Part shown: positions 28,279 through 36,637 of the stretch, in pieces | How positions within the stretch are numbered: position 1 is the first letter of the stretch | Layout of the letters: each line of letters opens with the position of its first letter | From: an uncultured Verrucomicrobiota bacterium | Lineage (GTDB): Bacteria; Verrucomicrobiota; Kiritimatiellia; CAIQIC01; Lenti-01 | Direction: 5' to 3' | NCBI GenBank assembly: GCA_938003985.1 | Contig: CALKWZ010000076.1 | Location: 11,045 to 75,044 of the forward strand | Length of the DNA stretch: 64,000 nt | Notes under the pieces: model-generated | Database searches by the model: none | What the model was told of the DNA's origin: nothing | The model's input: only the letters and a program-made list of their open reading frames with translations | Translations under genes and position numbers: made by a program

Positions 28279-29109
28279 CTAAATCCCGCCCCGCGCCGCG
28301 CGCAGGGCGGGCAGGTAGGTTTGATCCAGGCTGTGGGGCGGCTGGCCGTCGGCCGAGGCGAATTCGATCGGTCCGCCCACGTGGCGATAGCCGAGCAATT
28401 CGGGCGGGACCTTCGTCACCACGTCGCGGCGGTTCGCGATCCGCCAGGCCGCGAGGCGCTGCCGCGCGAAATGCCGCGCCCAGCGCGCGGCGCCCGTCCG
28501 CGGCGCGGCGAAGGTGAACACCTCCAGCGCGCGGTACGGCAGGCCCCCGGTGGCGACGTCCATCGCCGCGAGCGCGGCCAAGGCCCCGCCGAGACTGTGG
28601 CCCGTCACCCGGATCCGCGACTCCGGCGTGGCGTGCGCTTCGAGAAAGGCCCGGATCGCCGGCCGGACCGATTCATAGCACCGGTGGAAGCCGCGGTGCA
28701 CGTGGCCGCCCTGCAGATCGTCGAAAACGGCGTCCCGCCGCGCGGCCATGTAGTTCGAAATCTTCTCGCCCGCGCTCTGCGTGCCGCGGAACGCGACGTA
28801 CAGGCGGCGGCCGGCGCGGGCGCAGACGCCCGCGGGGGTGGTTTCGGTGCGGGTCACGTAGCGCCGCCCGCCCTTGCCGCCCGATGCGCGGGCCGTCCGA
28901 TAGGTCAGCGTGCGCCAGAACGGCTCCTCGAAAACCAGATCCCCCAGCGCGGGGAGCGCGAACCGCATGGCCCTCGGCGGCGGCTTCCCGGCATCCGACC
29001 ACTGCTGATAAAGCCCATAGGCCGCCTCCACCAGCCGCACGCACGCCAACGCCTGGCGGACGGAAAACCCCTCCGGCAACGGCAACGCAATGGGAACGCC
29101 CCGGCTCAC
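28279..29109 (-). CDS. Class 3 lipase family protein
   Basis: 276 aa with VAFRGTQS.. and the nucleophile elbow VTGHSLGGALAALAA, typical of the Lipase_3 family. Confidence 0.8.
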   Translation of the reverse strand: MSRGVPIALPLPEGFSVRQALACVRLVEAAYGLYQQWSDAGKPPPRAMRFALPALGDLVFEEPFWRTLTYRTARASGGKGGRRYVTRTETTPAGVCARAGRRLYVAFRGTQSAGEKISNYMAARRDAVFDDLQGGHVHRGFHRCYESVRPAIRAFLEAHATPESRIRVTGHSLGGALAALAAMDVATGGLPYRALEVFTFAAPRTGAARWARHFARQRLAAWRIANRRDVVTKVPPELLGYRHVGGPIEFASADGQPPHSLDQTYLPALRAARGGI

Positions 29110-29487
29110 GGCCTCAACCTAGCCGCCTCGCCCGCCCCCCGGCAAGCCGAAACCCACCCGCCGTCCCCGCCCCCGCCGCAACCGAAACGCCGGGGTGGGG
29201 GCGCCGCGGCTCGCCACGGGCGCTCGTGATGCGACGAAAATTCCAGAATACAAACCTGTGCCGCCCCCACGAAATTATAAGACAGTAAACTTATGCGTCA
29301 TTTTGTGGAAATTTTCCGCATAACTTTCATTCAACGCTTTTACTGGTGTTCTCGCCCAATGCCTGCTAGTATCAGATTTGAGATGAAAGAAAATCCGGTT
29401 CATTCTCAAAAGACATGGATCTAGTTGCCGGAATATCTGCCAACAGGCACGGCAATAATGAGTTATAATTATTATCTTGCATAATCG

Positions 29488-29501
29488 GTATCAATTGATA
29501 C
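29488..29501. promoter_or_regulatory. Perfect 14-bp palindrome GTATCAATTGATAC immediately upstream of the toxin-like gene (candidate operator)
   Basis: Read directly. It ends 4 nt before the ATG at 29506, and AT-rich -10-like hexamers (TATAAT at 29464..29469) lie just upstream. Confidence 0.4.
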
Positions 29502-29505
29502 TCTC

Positions 29506-29859
29506 ATGAGCAGAAACTATGAGCAACCGATTCCGGCCGCATGGCGAAAAGCCGTTGTCAAGGTGCTTCGAAGCGGCGACAAGACTCGAATTATCAGCAC
29601 GGTAGAGTCGAAAAATGATTGGGAAAGCACGTTTCCGGAGAGTTGGTGGCATGACCGCCCTGAAGCCATGGCCCGGGCTTTGGATGTCGATGGCATTGTC
29701 GGAAAACATGTCACGGATATGGATCCGCCCTGCGAAGCCTATGCGTTTTGGTTCCACTACGAAAAACGACAGATGTACGGAAAAATCGGGCTCTTGCCCA
29801 ATGGCGACGTAGTCATCATCTTTTCGAGCCACGTTCCGCGAAAAGGGAAGAAATTATGA
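29506..29859 (+). CDS. Small toxin-like protein (tentatively MqsR-like) of a TA/TAC module
   Basis: 117 aa. The C-terminal ..YAFWFHYEKRQMYGKIGLLPNGDVVIIFSSH resembles the MqsR C-terminal strand pattern (..VYLKITVIHDVLIVSFKEK). It sits first in the operon, and its stop overlaps the next ATG (ATGA). The call rests on memory-based similarity only. Confidence 0.45.
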   Translation: MSRNYEQPIPAAWRKAVVKVLRSGDKTRIISTVESKNDWESTFPESWWHDRPEAMARALDVDGIVGKHVTDMDPPCEAYAFWFHYEKRQMYGKIGLLPNGDVVIIFSSHVPRKGKKL

Positions 29860-30386
29860 AGAAACGGAAAACCCCGCCTGTCCCGGGTTGGATGGCCATC
29901 ACCACGAAGCAGCCGGTGTTCATTCCCAATGCCACCGGCTACGGCGTGGCCGAAACCGTCATGCAGGAGGTTCCCGCCTGGAAGGATCCCAAGACGGGCC
30001 AAATCTACTTGGATGGAACGGCCCATGAGATTCTGGATGCGGTCAAAGCGCGGCACCTCGGAATTCTGCTGCCGGAGCAATTGCGGGATTTGCGGAATTC
30101 CATCGGGATGACCCAGAAGAAGATGGCCGAGTTGCTGCAGTTGGGGGAAAAGACCTGGACGCGCTGGGAAACCGGTGCGGAGCGGCCGTCCCGATCCATG
30201 AATCTTCTCCTGTGCGCCCTCCACGAGGGCAAAATCGATGTCGGCTATCTCCGCTCCAAGCGGCAGATGCCGGCGCTCGATGAGCTTGGACGATGGGAGA
30301 TGCCCGAACAAAAAGCAGGGGTTTCCTATCAGACTCCTAAACCAACTCTGGGAGAGCCCGATGAAAGCAAAACTGGCGCCGCTTAA
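29856..30386 (+). CDS. XRE-HTH antitoxin-like protein (MqsA-like, zinc-less) with C-terminal extension
   Basis: HTH region LLPEQLRDLRNSIGMTQKKMAELLQLGEKTWTRWETGAERPSRSMNLLLCAL parallels the MqsA HTH (..LSLTQKEAAEIFGGGVNAFSRYEKGNAQPHPSTIKLLRVL). An extra tail of about 45 aa follows the HTH (GYLRSKRQMPALDELGRWEMPEQKAGVSYQ..). Confidence 0.6.
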   Translation: MKKRKTPPVPGWMAITTKQPVFIPNATGYGVAETVMQEVPAWKDPKTGQIYLDGTAHEILDAVKARHLGILLPEQLRDLRNSIGMTQKKMAELLQLGEKTWTRWETGAERPSRSMNLLLCALHEGKIDVGYLRSKRQMPALDELGRWEMPEQKAGVSYQTPKPTLGEPDESKTGAA

Positions 30387-30846
30387 GTGCCATGGATACT
30401 TCGTTACGGGGTTGATGATTGCGGCGAATCCCGAATACGACAAAAAGAAACCGAACGCCCTGCTGTTTGGTGATCTGCAAATCGATTCGACGGCAAAGCC
30501 GGTATCCAAGAAGTTCGACGGAAGACTTTGGCAAGTCATCCTGCAGATGCAGCAGAACGTTGGGCCGGACAAAAACACGCCCTACAACTTTTCGGTCACA
30601 GTGGTGGGCCACTTCGAGGTTCATCCAAAGTATCCGGTCGGAAAAGCGCAGCAATTGGTGGAGATAAATGGCAGTTCAATTCTATACAGTTCTGCCCGGC
30701 AAATTTTAAGAGATGCCATGCACAACGGCCCGTTTCCGGCGCTTGACTTGCCGACGGTCAGCTTCTTTGATGCCGAGCCCGATTTGCCGGCGAAGAAAAT
30801 CGTAGCGGAAGCCTCGGCGAACTGCGGCGATAAAACCGGAAAATAA
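30361..30846 (+). CDS. SecB-like chaperone
   Basis: 161 aa. ..FSVTVVGHFEV..GKAQQLVEINGSSILYSSARQILRDAMHNGPFPALDLPTVSF parallels E. coli SecB ..[50 protein letters not shown]. Its start overlaps the antitoxin 3' end by 26 nt. Confidence 0.7.
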   Translation: MKAKLAPLKCHGYFVTGLMIAANPEYDKKKPNALLFGDLQIDSTAKPVSKKFDGRLWQVILQMQQNVGPDKNTPYNFSVTVVGHFEVHPKYPVGKAQQLVEINGSSILYSSARQILRDAMHNGPFPALDLPTVSFFDAEPDLPAKKIVAEASANCGDKTGK

Positions 30847-30876
30847 GGCCGCGTCCGCAATAAAAGGCCCCCCCCT

Positions 30877-33800
30877 ATGTCGAAGAGGAAAAAGCAGATC
30901 GCAAACGCTGAAGGTCAACTCAATCTGGCCCTGACGGGCGATACTTTTGCTGGGCCTGCTGAAACCAACGGCGTCTTTTCTCTCGCTTACCTGTTAAGAC
31001 AATTGGAGCAGTCGCCATCTTTCGCCGCCCAATCCGATGCGGCGGTCGCTTATGAATTGGTCTGCCGGTTGTATCGGCAACACGGCGTGGCTCTTAAAAG
31101 GCAGAATGAAGCCTTTACCTGTTCCACTTTTCTCGAACCTGTCCTGGACTCGCTCGGCTGGCATCGGATTCCCCAGCAATCTATGCCGAGCAGCATGGAG
31201 ACCCGGAAGCGTCCGGACTATTGTCTTGTCACCACTGAGCAAGCCTTCATGGAGGCATCGCGTGCCGATGCCGTGAAGTTATTTCAGCTTAGCGCCACCG
31301 TCTTGGAAGCTAAGAAATGGGGGCACCCTTTGGACCGGATGTCCTCCGGAGAAACCCCGGGTTGGTTCCCTAGCCAGCAAATCCAAGACTATTTGAATCA
31401 CGCGAAAGACGCGACGGGGCATCGGTTCTTCGACTGGGCCATCCTCACGAACGGCGACGAATGGCGTCTTTACTGTGAACAATCCGCCGTGGGGGCCTAC
31501 TTCAGTTTCCATCTCGTTCGCGATGGCCAGTTGTGTACGGAGGACGAGTTCAGGCTTTTCTTCACGCTTTTCCGGGCTGCCGCCTTTGATCGCTCGCCGG
31601 AAGGCCTTTGTTTTCTCGATTCCGTGCGCGAGCAGTCGTTGCGGGCGCAGGGCGAACTAGAGCTAAATCTACGCAAGCGCATCTTTGGCGTTCTTGAAGA
31701 CCTTGGCACTGCGTTCGCAAATCGGGAAGAAAACGGCTTGCACGAGGCTGATTACCCCAAGGTCTACGAAGTTTCCTTGGTCTTTCTATATCGCCTTTTG
31801 TTTGTTCTCTATGCGGAGAGCCGGGGGCTCCTGCCCGTTCGCGAGTATGGCGCAGGGGCGAATCGCCGTTATCTAAACGATTTTTCCTTGGCCCGCTTGG
31901 CTGGCAAGTTGCGCGACAGTTCCCATTATCAAGACAATGCGTTTTGCCAGCTATACGAGGAATTGCTGCACTTGTTTGAGCTGATTAACGGCACGTTTCC
32001 TTCGCGAAATGCGTCTCTCAAGGTCACCCGCTACAACGGCGGGTTGTTTAGTCTGCGGGCGCACGAAGAAATTGGACGTTGGCGGATCGGGGACCGGGAC
32101 TTGGCCGATATTCTCAGGCAATTGATATATGTCCAGCCGCCCGCTCGTTCCCGCGAGGCTCAACGACAGATCAGCACTCGGGAAGCGATTGATTACAGCA
32201 CGCTGGAAGTCCGCCAGCTCGGCGACATCTACGAGGGCCTGCTGGGCGCGCACTTCGAAAAAGTCGAAGATCGCCTTGAGTTGCGGAACGAGAACGGCGA
32301 AAACCATCGCTCCGGGATATTCTACACGCCCGATTGGATCGTCCAGTTCCTCGTAAACGAAACCTTGTTGCCGTTGCTGTCAGAAATCGAGCGGTCGCCC
32401 GACGTCCAGCGAGCCTTGCAGGCTCGTTCAGAGGAGCGAAAACGGGACAATTCTTTCGCGTTCGGCGTGCTCAACCTCAATCTCGTCGATCCCGCCATGG
32501 GCAGCGGCCATTTTCTGGTTCGCGCGACGGAATGGCTGGCCGACCACATCATGAGCCATCCCACGACCCAGCCGATGACGATGCAAATCATTGGTCAGGG
32601 TCAAGGCCAAATCAGCCGGGAAGAAATTATCGCGCGCGGCAAGATTCCCGTGGCCCCCGGAATTTCCCAGGAACAGGCGGAGAAGGCTTATTGGCGCCGC
32701 CGCGTCGTAGAGGCCTGCATCCATGGCGTAGATGTCAATCCCATGGCAGTCGAGTTGGCGAAACTCTCGCTGTGGCTGACTTGCATCGCGGCCGACGAAC
32801 CCCTCAATTTCCTAGACCACCACTTGCGAAAAGGCAATGCCTTGCTGTCGGTCGCCCCCGATGAGCTCAAGTTGGCGCCGGATGGACAGGAGACGTTCGA
32901 TCTCGGGGAAAGGCTTCACGACGTTCTCTCCGGCATTATCCGCGACACGCTTGCCATCGAAAGGCAACCTAGCACGGAAATGGAAGCCGTGAAGGATAAG
33001 GAACGGCTATGGAAGGATTTGAGGTTGCGGCTAAAACCTTTCCTTGATCTGTCGGACCTCTGGATTTCCATGTTGGATGGAGTGCCCCTGGTCGAGATGG
33101 AATATCTGTCCGTTGCACGTCTGTTGCTGGGCGACCAGACTCTTACAGGACCAGAAAAGCGAGATGCCAAGCGGCGCCTGGATTCCATTGCTGTAGCGCT
33201 AGCGTCGAAGAAGGCGGACCTGATGCCCTTCCACTGGCGGTTGGAATTCCCGGATGTTTTCTACGACGAAAGCGGGGAGGTATCGCCCCCGAACCGATGC
33301 GGATTCGATGCCATTCTCGGCAATCCCCCGTATGTGTCCATCCACACGGCGAAAGAGATTGGCAACCGCAAGATGCGCGATGCCTTGGAAAAACGCGCGG
33401 GCTATCTGGAAGACCTCTATGTCCATTTCACCGATCTTGGTTTCCAACTACTGCGCAAGGGCGGCGGGTTCGGGTTCATTGTATCGGACACTTTCTTTAC
33501 GCTGGCCTCCAAGTTCCGCATGCGAGAAATACTCCAGAGGAATTCGCTCGACTGGCTCGGTCAATGCGATCCCTTCGATGCCACGGTAGACGCAGCGGTT
33601 TTCGTTGCCCGCAAGCAGGTGCCCGAGGCAAACCATCGCTTCCGCTTTGTTCAAGCCAGGCCCCGCAAGCGACCCGACGGTACTCGCACCGTGCCCGATG
33701 AGAACTTGGAAAAACTGTCGCAAACCAATGCTCTTGCATGGAATGAACCCGCAACGCTGACGCCGTTCGGCGATGTCTTCCATGCCACGGTGGCCGAGTT

Positions 33801-35352
33801 GCGGCTTCATGAAATTCCGCTTTCCTTGCATGCCGCGGCCCACAAAAAGGTATTTTTCGAGCCCCGTCCTGGCACTCTGCACCTTTTCGACCGCTTCAAC
33901 GCCAATGTGAAGGAGCTTGTTGCGGAATGGTGGGAGAAGATTGAAGACTCTCGCGAATTCAGCGCCAACCTTCCTGAAATCCAAGCCTATCACCGCACCT
34001 TGCGCCCCGGCGACATCTCGCTAGTCGGGCTTGTGGCGGAAGGTGGGCAAGGAATGCGCACGGCCAACAACGCCCGTTTTCTAGCCTATCTCGACGGCAC
34101 CCCGCAGGCAGAGGAAATCAAGGAGAAGTCGCGGGCATGGTCTGCCTCTTGGCTGGCGAACGAACGGGTTGGATCAACTTTCCGCGAACTTTTGCAACAA
34201 GCGGGTGGGGACGCCGCTCGACCGACTGCCAACCGGCCCGCATGGGAAGCCGCCGTGCATGGTCTTCGCGAGCGATTCACGCCCGCCCAACTGGGCTTGG
34301 GCCGAACCTTCCTTTTCCGCATTGCGCCGCCGGACCTCGTTGCCGGGGCAGAGGATTTCGCCTATTCCTTCTTGCGCCGCAAGGCGGAACTCCTTGTGCA
34401 TTGGCAGGGACGGTCGGAATTCATGGGCTTTTGGGACGACAAGATGGAGATTGGCGGGAATTTTGTGGCCCATTCGGACTGTCGCAAGGCCAAGACCATT
34501 TCGGACGCGGATTTCTGCGAGCTTTGCCAGCACCTGCAGCTTTGGGTCAGACATGAAAACGCCGTGAGGAAACCGTCGCAGCGCATTCCTAAAGAAGCCA
34601 TAGGCTTGCGATCTAGTGAAGACTACTCCGATCCGGCTGACGCTCCGCGAATCGCCGCGATTTATAATGGCCTTTTGGGCCGCGCCCAATATGTCCCATT
34701 CCGGAAGGGGGACCCCGAAGGAAGCCGGTGGCTGGACAACGAACCGCTCTTTTGCGATTGGTCAAAATCATCTGTGGATTGGCTCTCAACAGATAATTCT
34801 GCACGCTGGCAGGGTCATCGATTCTTTTTCCTTCCAGGTGTTACATGGACCGCCGTAGCTAATCATGTCGCGCTTAAATCAAGGTTCCAAGAGCCATGCG
34901 TATTTGATGCCGATAGTATGAGGCTTACTCCGTTACCAAGCACTCTTTCGGCTGAAGCATTCGTGGCGATTCTTAACAGCGATGTCTTCAGTTACTTCAA
35001 GATGCGATTCGTTCAACACACGCAAAAGTGGGAAATCGGGAATTTGCGTCAGATGCCCATTGTGATGCCAAATAAGAGGCAACAGGACTCGCTTGCGAAA
35101 CTGGCCTCGCTTGCGATGGCCGCAAAACGGCATGAGTTTTCGGGAACATCCCCCGACAATGATTTGGTTGCGCGTGTTCGCGTAATTAGTGCGCGGCTGC
35201 GTGCGGATGGGCCAGATTATTTGCAGCCCAGCGCCCAAGGATTATTGCTGGCAGGCCCCAACGATTGTCTGGAAGTGATCGAAAAAGCCATCAACTGGGA
35301 AGCCGAAAAACTCTACGGCGTTGAAGGCCTTGGCCCATTCGACGAATTTTAA
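30877..35352 (+). CDS. Type IIG restriction-modification fusion enzyme (N-terminal PD-(D/E)xK nuclease + gamma-class N6-adenine MTase + PglX/TaqI_C-like specificity region)
   Basis: 1491 aa.
- N-terminal HsdR_N-like nuclease motifs RKRPDYCLV..VLEAKKWG..QIQDY..ILTNGDEWRLY.
- MTase motif I VDPAMGSGHFLV and motif IV ILGNPPYVS.
- C-terminal YVPFRKGDPEGSRWL..FFFLPGVTWT..ILNSDVFSYF..EIGNLRQMPIV, as seen in PglX/MmeI-like enzymes. Confidence 0.8.
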   Translation: MSKRKKQIANAEGQLNLALTGDTFAGPAETNGVFSLAYLLRQLEQSPSFAAQSDAAVAYELVCRLYRQHGVALKRQNEAFTCSTFLEPVLDSLGWHRIPQQSMPSSMETRKRPDYCLVTTEQAFMEASRADAVKLFQLSATVLEAKKWGHPLDRMSSGETPGWFPSQQIQDYLNHAKDATGHRFFDWAILTNGDEWRLYCEQSAVGAYFSFHLVRDGQLCTEDEFRLFFTLFRAAAFDRSPEGLCFLDSVREQSLRAQGELELNLRKRIFGVLEDLGTAFANREENGLHEADYPKVYEVSLVFLYRLLFVLYAESRGLLPVREYGAGANRRYLNDFSLARLAGKLRDSSHYQDNAFCQLYEELLHLFELINGTFPSRNASLKVTRYNGGLFSLRAHEEIGRWRIGDRDLADILRQLIYVQPPARSREAQRQISTREAIDYSTLEVRQLGDIYEGLLGAHFEKVEDRLELRNENGENHRSGIFYTPDWIVQFLVNETLLPLLSEIERSPDVQRALQARSEERKRDNSFAFGVLNLNLVDPAMGSGHFLVRATEWLADHIMSHPTTQPMTMQIIGQGQGQISREEIIARGKIPVAPGISQEQAEKAYWRRRVVEACIHGVDVNPMAVELAKLSLWLTCIAADEPLNFLDHHLRKGNALLSVAPDELKLAPDGQETFDLGERLHDVLSGIIRDTLAIERQPSTEMEAVKDKERLWKDLRLRLKPFLDLSDLWISMLDGVPLVEMEYLSVARLLLGDQTLTGPEKRDAKRRLDSIAVALASKKADLMPFHWRLEFPDVFYDESGEVSPPNRCGFDAILGNPPYVSIHTAKEIGNRKMRDALEKRAGYLEDLYVHFTDLGFQLLRKGGGFGFIVSDTFFTLASKFRMREILQRNSLDWLGQCDPFDATVDAAVFVARKQVPEANHRFRFVQARPRKRPDGTRTVPDENLEKLSQTNALAWNEPATLTPFGDVFHATVAELRLHEIPLSLHAAAHKKVFFEPRPGTLHLFDRFNANVKELVAEWWEKIEDSREFSANLPEIQAYHRTLRPGDISLVGLVAEGGQGMRTANNARFLAYLDGTPQAEEIKEKSRAWSASWLANERVGSTFRELLQQAGGDAARPTANRPAWEAAVHGLRERFTPAQLGLGRTFLFRIAPPDLVAGAEDFAYSFLRRKAELLVHWQGRSEFMGFWDDKMEIGGNFVAHSDCRKAKTISDADFCELCQHLQLWVRHENAVRKPSQRIPKEAIGLRSSEDYSDPADAPRIAAIYNGLLGRAQYVPFRKGDPEGSRWLDNEPLFCDWSKSSVDWLSTDNSARWQGHRFFFLPGVTWTAVANHVALKSRFQEPCVFDADSMRLTPLPSTLSAEAFVAILNSDVFSYFKMRFVQHTQKWEIGNLRQMPIVMPNKRQQDSLAKLASLAMAAKRHEFSGTSPDNDLVARVRVISARLRADGPDYLQPSAQGLLLAGPNDCLEVIEKAINWEAEKLYGVEGLGPFDEF

Positions 35353-35374
35353 CGGCCACTGATGACCGGAGATG

Positions 35375-35942
35375 TTTATAGGCGCGCAGCTCATCGAGGG
35401 GGAAGTCGCCAGGGGTGCGTTCGTAGGTCCAGAAGGCAGAGTCGTTGAGGGGGGCGAGTTTGTACGAGGTGAAATTGCGCGATGCTGTTGCCGAGTGTAT
35501 ATCAATCCCGCCTGACTGCATTATCAAGGTAATCAAGGATTCTCCGATTGGTATATTTGCCGGCAAGCTCGAACAGGTGCATGCCGCGCACGTATTCAAC
35601 GATTTCGCCGGTTGAGAAGGGCGGAGTTGCCTGATCTTCACAATCGACTTGCCAGTCGATGCCTTCGGTTGTTTGGAGTCAGATGGCGATCATCTCGTAC
35701 TGCTCCAGCTTCTCGACGTGGGCAAGAATGAGGGCATCGATCGTATGCTCGTAGACGTCCCACAAGACGGACTGCTCGTATTGGATTTGGACGCAAACCT
35801 CTTCCCACGTGTTTTTGAGACCCGTGTCGTCGCCAAGTGCAAGGGAATCGGTCAATTTTCGTAGCTCACGAGCGGTTTTTCGGGCGATGGCGGACGACAC
35901 CCGCAGGGCCAACGCGCGCACAACCTGTTCTTCGACATTCAA
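35375..35942 (-). pseudogene. Degraded gene: in-frame TGA plus a +1 frameshift, with a RAMA-like C-terminal remnant paralogous to the neighbouring gene
   Basis: The reading frame from TTG 35942 (..NVEEQVVRALALRVSS..EKLEQYEMIAI) hits TGA at 35679..35681. It then continues in the same frame as LQTTEGIDWQVDCEDQATPPFSTGEIVEYVRGMHLFELAGKYTNRRILDYLDNAVRRD, stopping at 35502. A shifted frame continues IDIHSATASRNFTSYKLAPLNDSAFWTYERTPGDFPLDELRAYK. This aligns with the C-terminus of the 35945..36637 protein (VRRDGTIRYAGKLYNSPSLAA..NGWEFWNYQRAPGDWVPLDALRS). Confidence 0.4.
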
Positions 35943-35944
35943 CG

Positions 35945-36637
35945 CTAGCTTCTCAGCGCGTCGAGGGGGACCCAGTCGCCGGGGGCGCGCTGGTAGTTCC
36001 AGAATTCCCAACCGTTGCAGGTGGGGCGTTTGCAGGCGGCGGCGGCGGCGAGCGAGGGCGAGTTGTATAGCTTGCCGGCGTAGCGGATGGTGCCGTCGCG
36101 GCGCACGGTGGCCTTGAGGATCTTGCCCTTGAAATGGGCGCGGAGGGGAAACGCCGTGGTGACGTATTTGGCGAGGGGCGGGGTGCGGCCATCTTTCTGT
36201 TCCTTGGCGGCTTTGCGGCGAGCGGGATCGGGCGCGGTGAGCATGTCGAAAACGGAATCTTCGAAATCCCGCTTCATGTCGCGCAGGAAGATGGGGCGGA
36301 GGTCGCTGGACCGGGCGAATTGTCCCTTCTGCTTGTTGCCGGCGGGCTTGACGGTGCGGAGGATGAGGGCTTCCAGCTCGCGCAAGTGGCGGTCGCCGAT
36401 GGTGAGGTAGACGGAGAAGCGGTCCCAGGAGTCGGCGTGACGGTCGCGGAGGTGCTGCTTGAGGCGGTTGCGGAGGTTGGTGGCGAGGCCGACGTAGTAG
36501 AGCTTGCCCTTGCGGTAGAGGACGTAGATGCCGTGGCGCCCCCGCACGTACTGGCGGATGATGTTCTGGTATTCCTCGAGGGCTGCGCGGGAGATGTTTT
36601 CGAGGTGCTGGCAAACGAGCTGGGCGTTGCGTTTCAT
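35945..36637 (-). CDS. GIY-YIG nuclease-domain protein with C-terminal RAMA/DUF4357-like domain
   Basis: GIY-YIG core RHGIYVLYRKGKLYYVGLATNLRNRLKQH. C-terminal ..GKLYNSPSLAAAAACKRPTCNGWEFW resembles the restriction-enzyme/methylase-associated (RAMA) domain signature. Confidence 0.65.
   Translation of the reverse strand: MKRNAQLVCQHLENISRAALEEYQNIIRQYVRGRHGIYVLYRKGKLYYVGLATNLRNRLKQHLRDRHADSWDRFSVYLTIGDRHLRELEALILRTVKPAGNKQKGQFARSSDLRPIFLRDMKRDFEDSVFDMLTAPDPARRKAAKEQKDGRTPPLAKYVTTAFPLRAHFKGKILKATVRRDGTIRYAGKLYNSPSLAAAAACKRPTCNGWEFWNYQRAPGDWVPLDALRS

Noticed and set aside
29293-29424. A 43-codon ORF (MRHFVEIFRITF..) at the left edge of the island.
   Set aside because: It has no RBS, no recognisable family and an AT-rich intergenic composition. 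The evidence is insufficient to call a gene.
30877-35352. BREX system (PglX methyltransferase).
   Set aside because: The C-terminal region is PglX-like, but no brxA/B/C, pglZ or brxL genes are present in the island. The protein also has its own N-terminal PD-(D/E)xK nuclease domain. A stand-alone Type IIG enzyme is the simpler call.
35679-35681. In-frame TGA as selenocysteine or programmed read-through.
   Set aside because: There is no obvious SECIS-like hairpin immediately downstream, and the flanking residues (AI-x-LQ) do not resemble a redox motif. A further frameshift lies 180 nt downstream, and TGA is used as an ordinary stop by many neighbouring genes. Gene decay is more likely.
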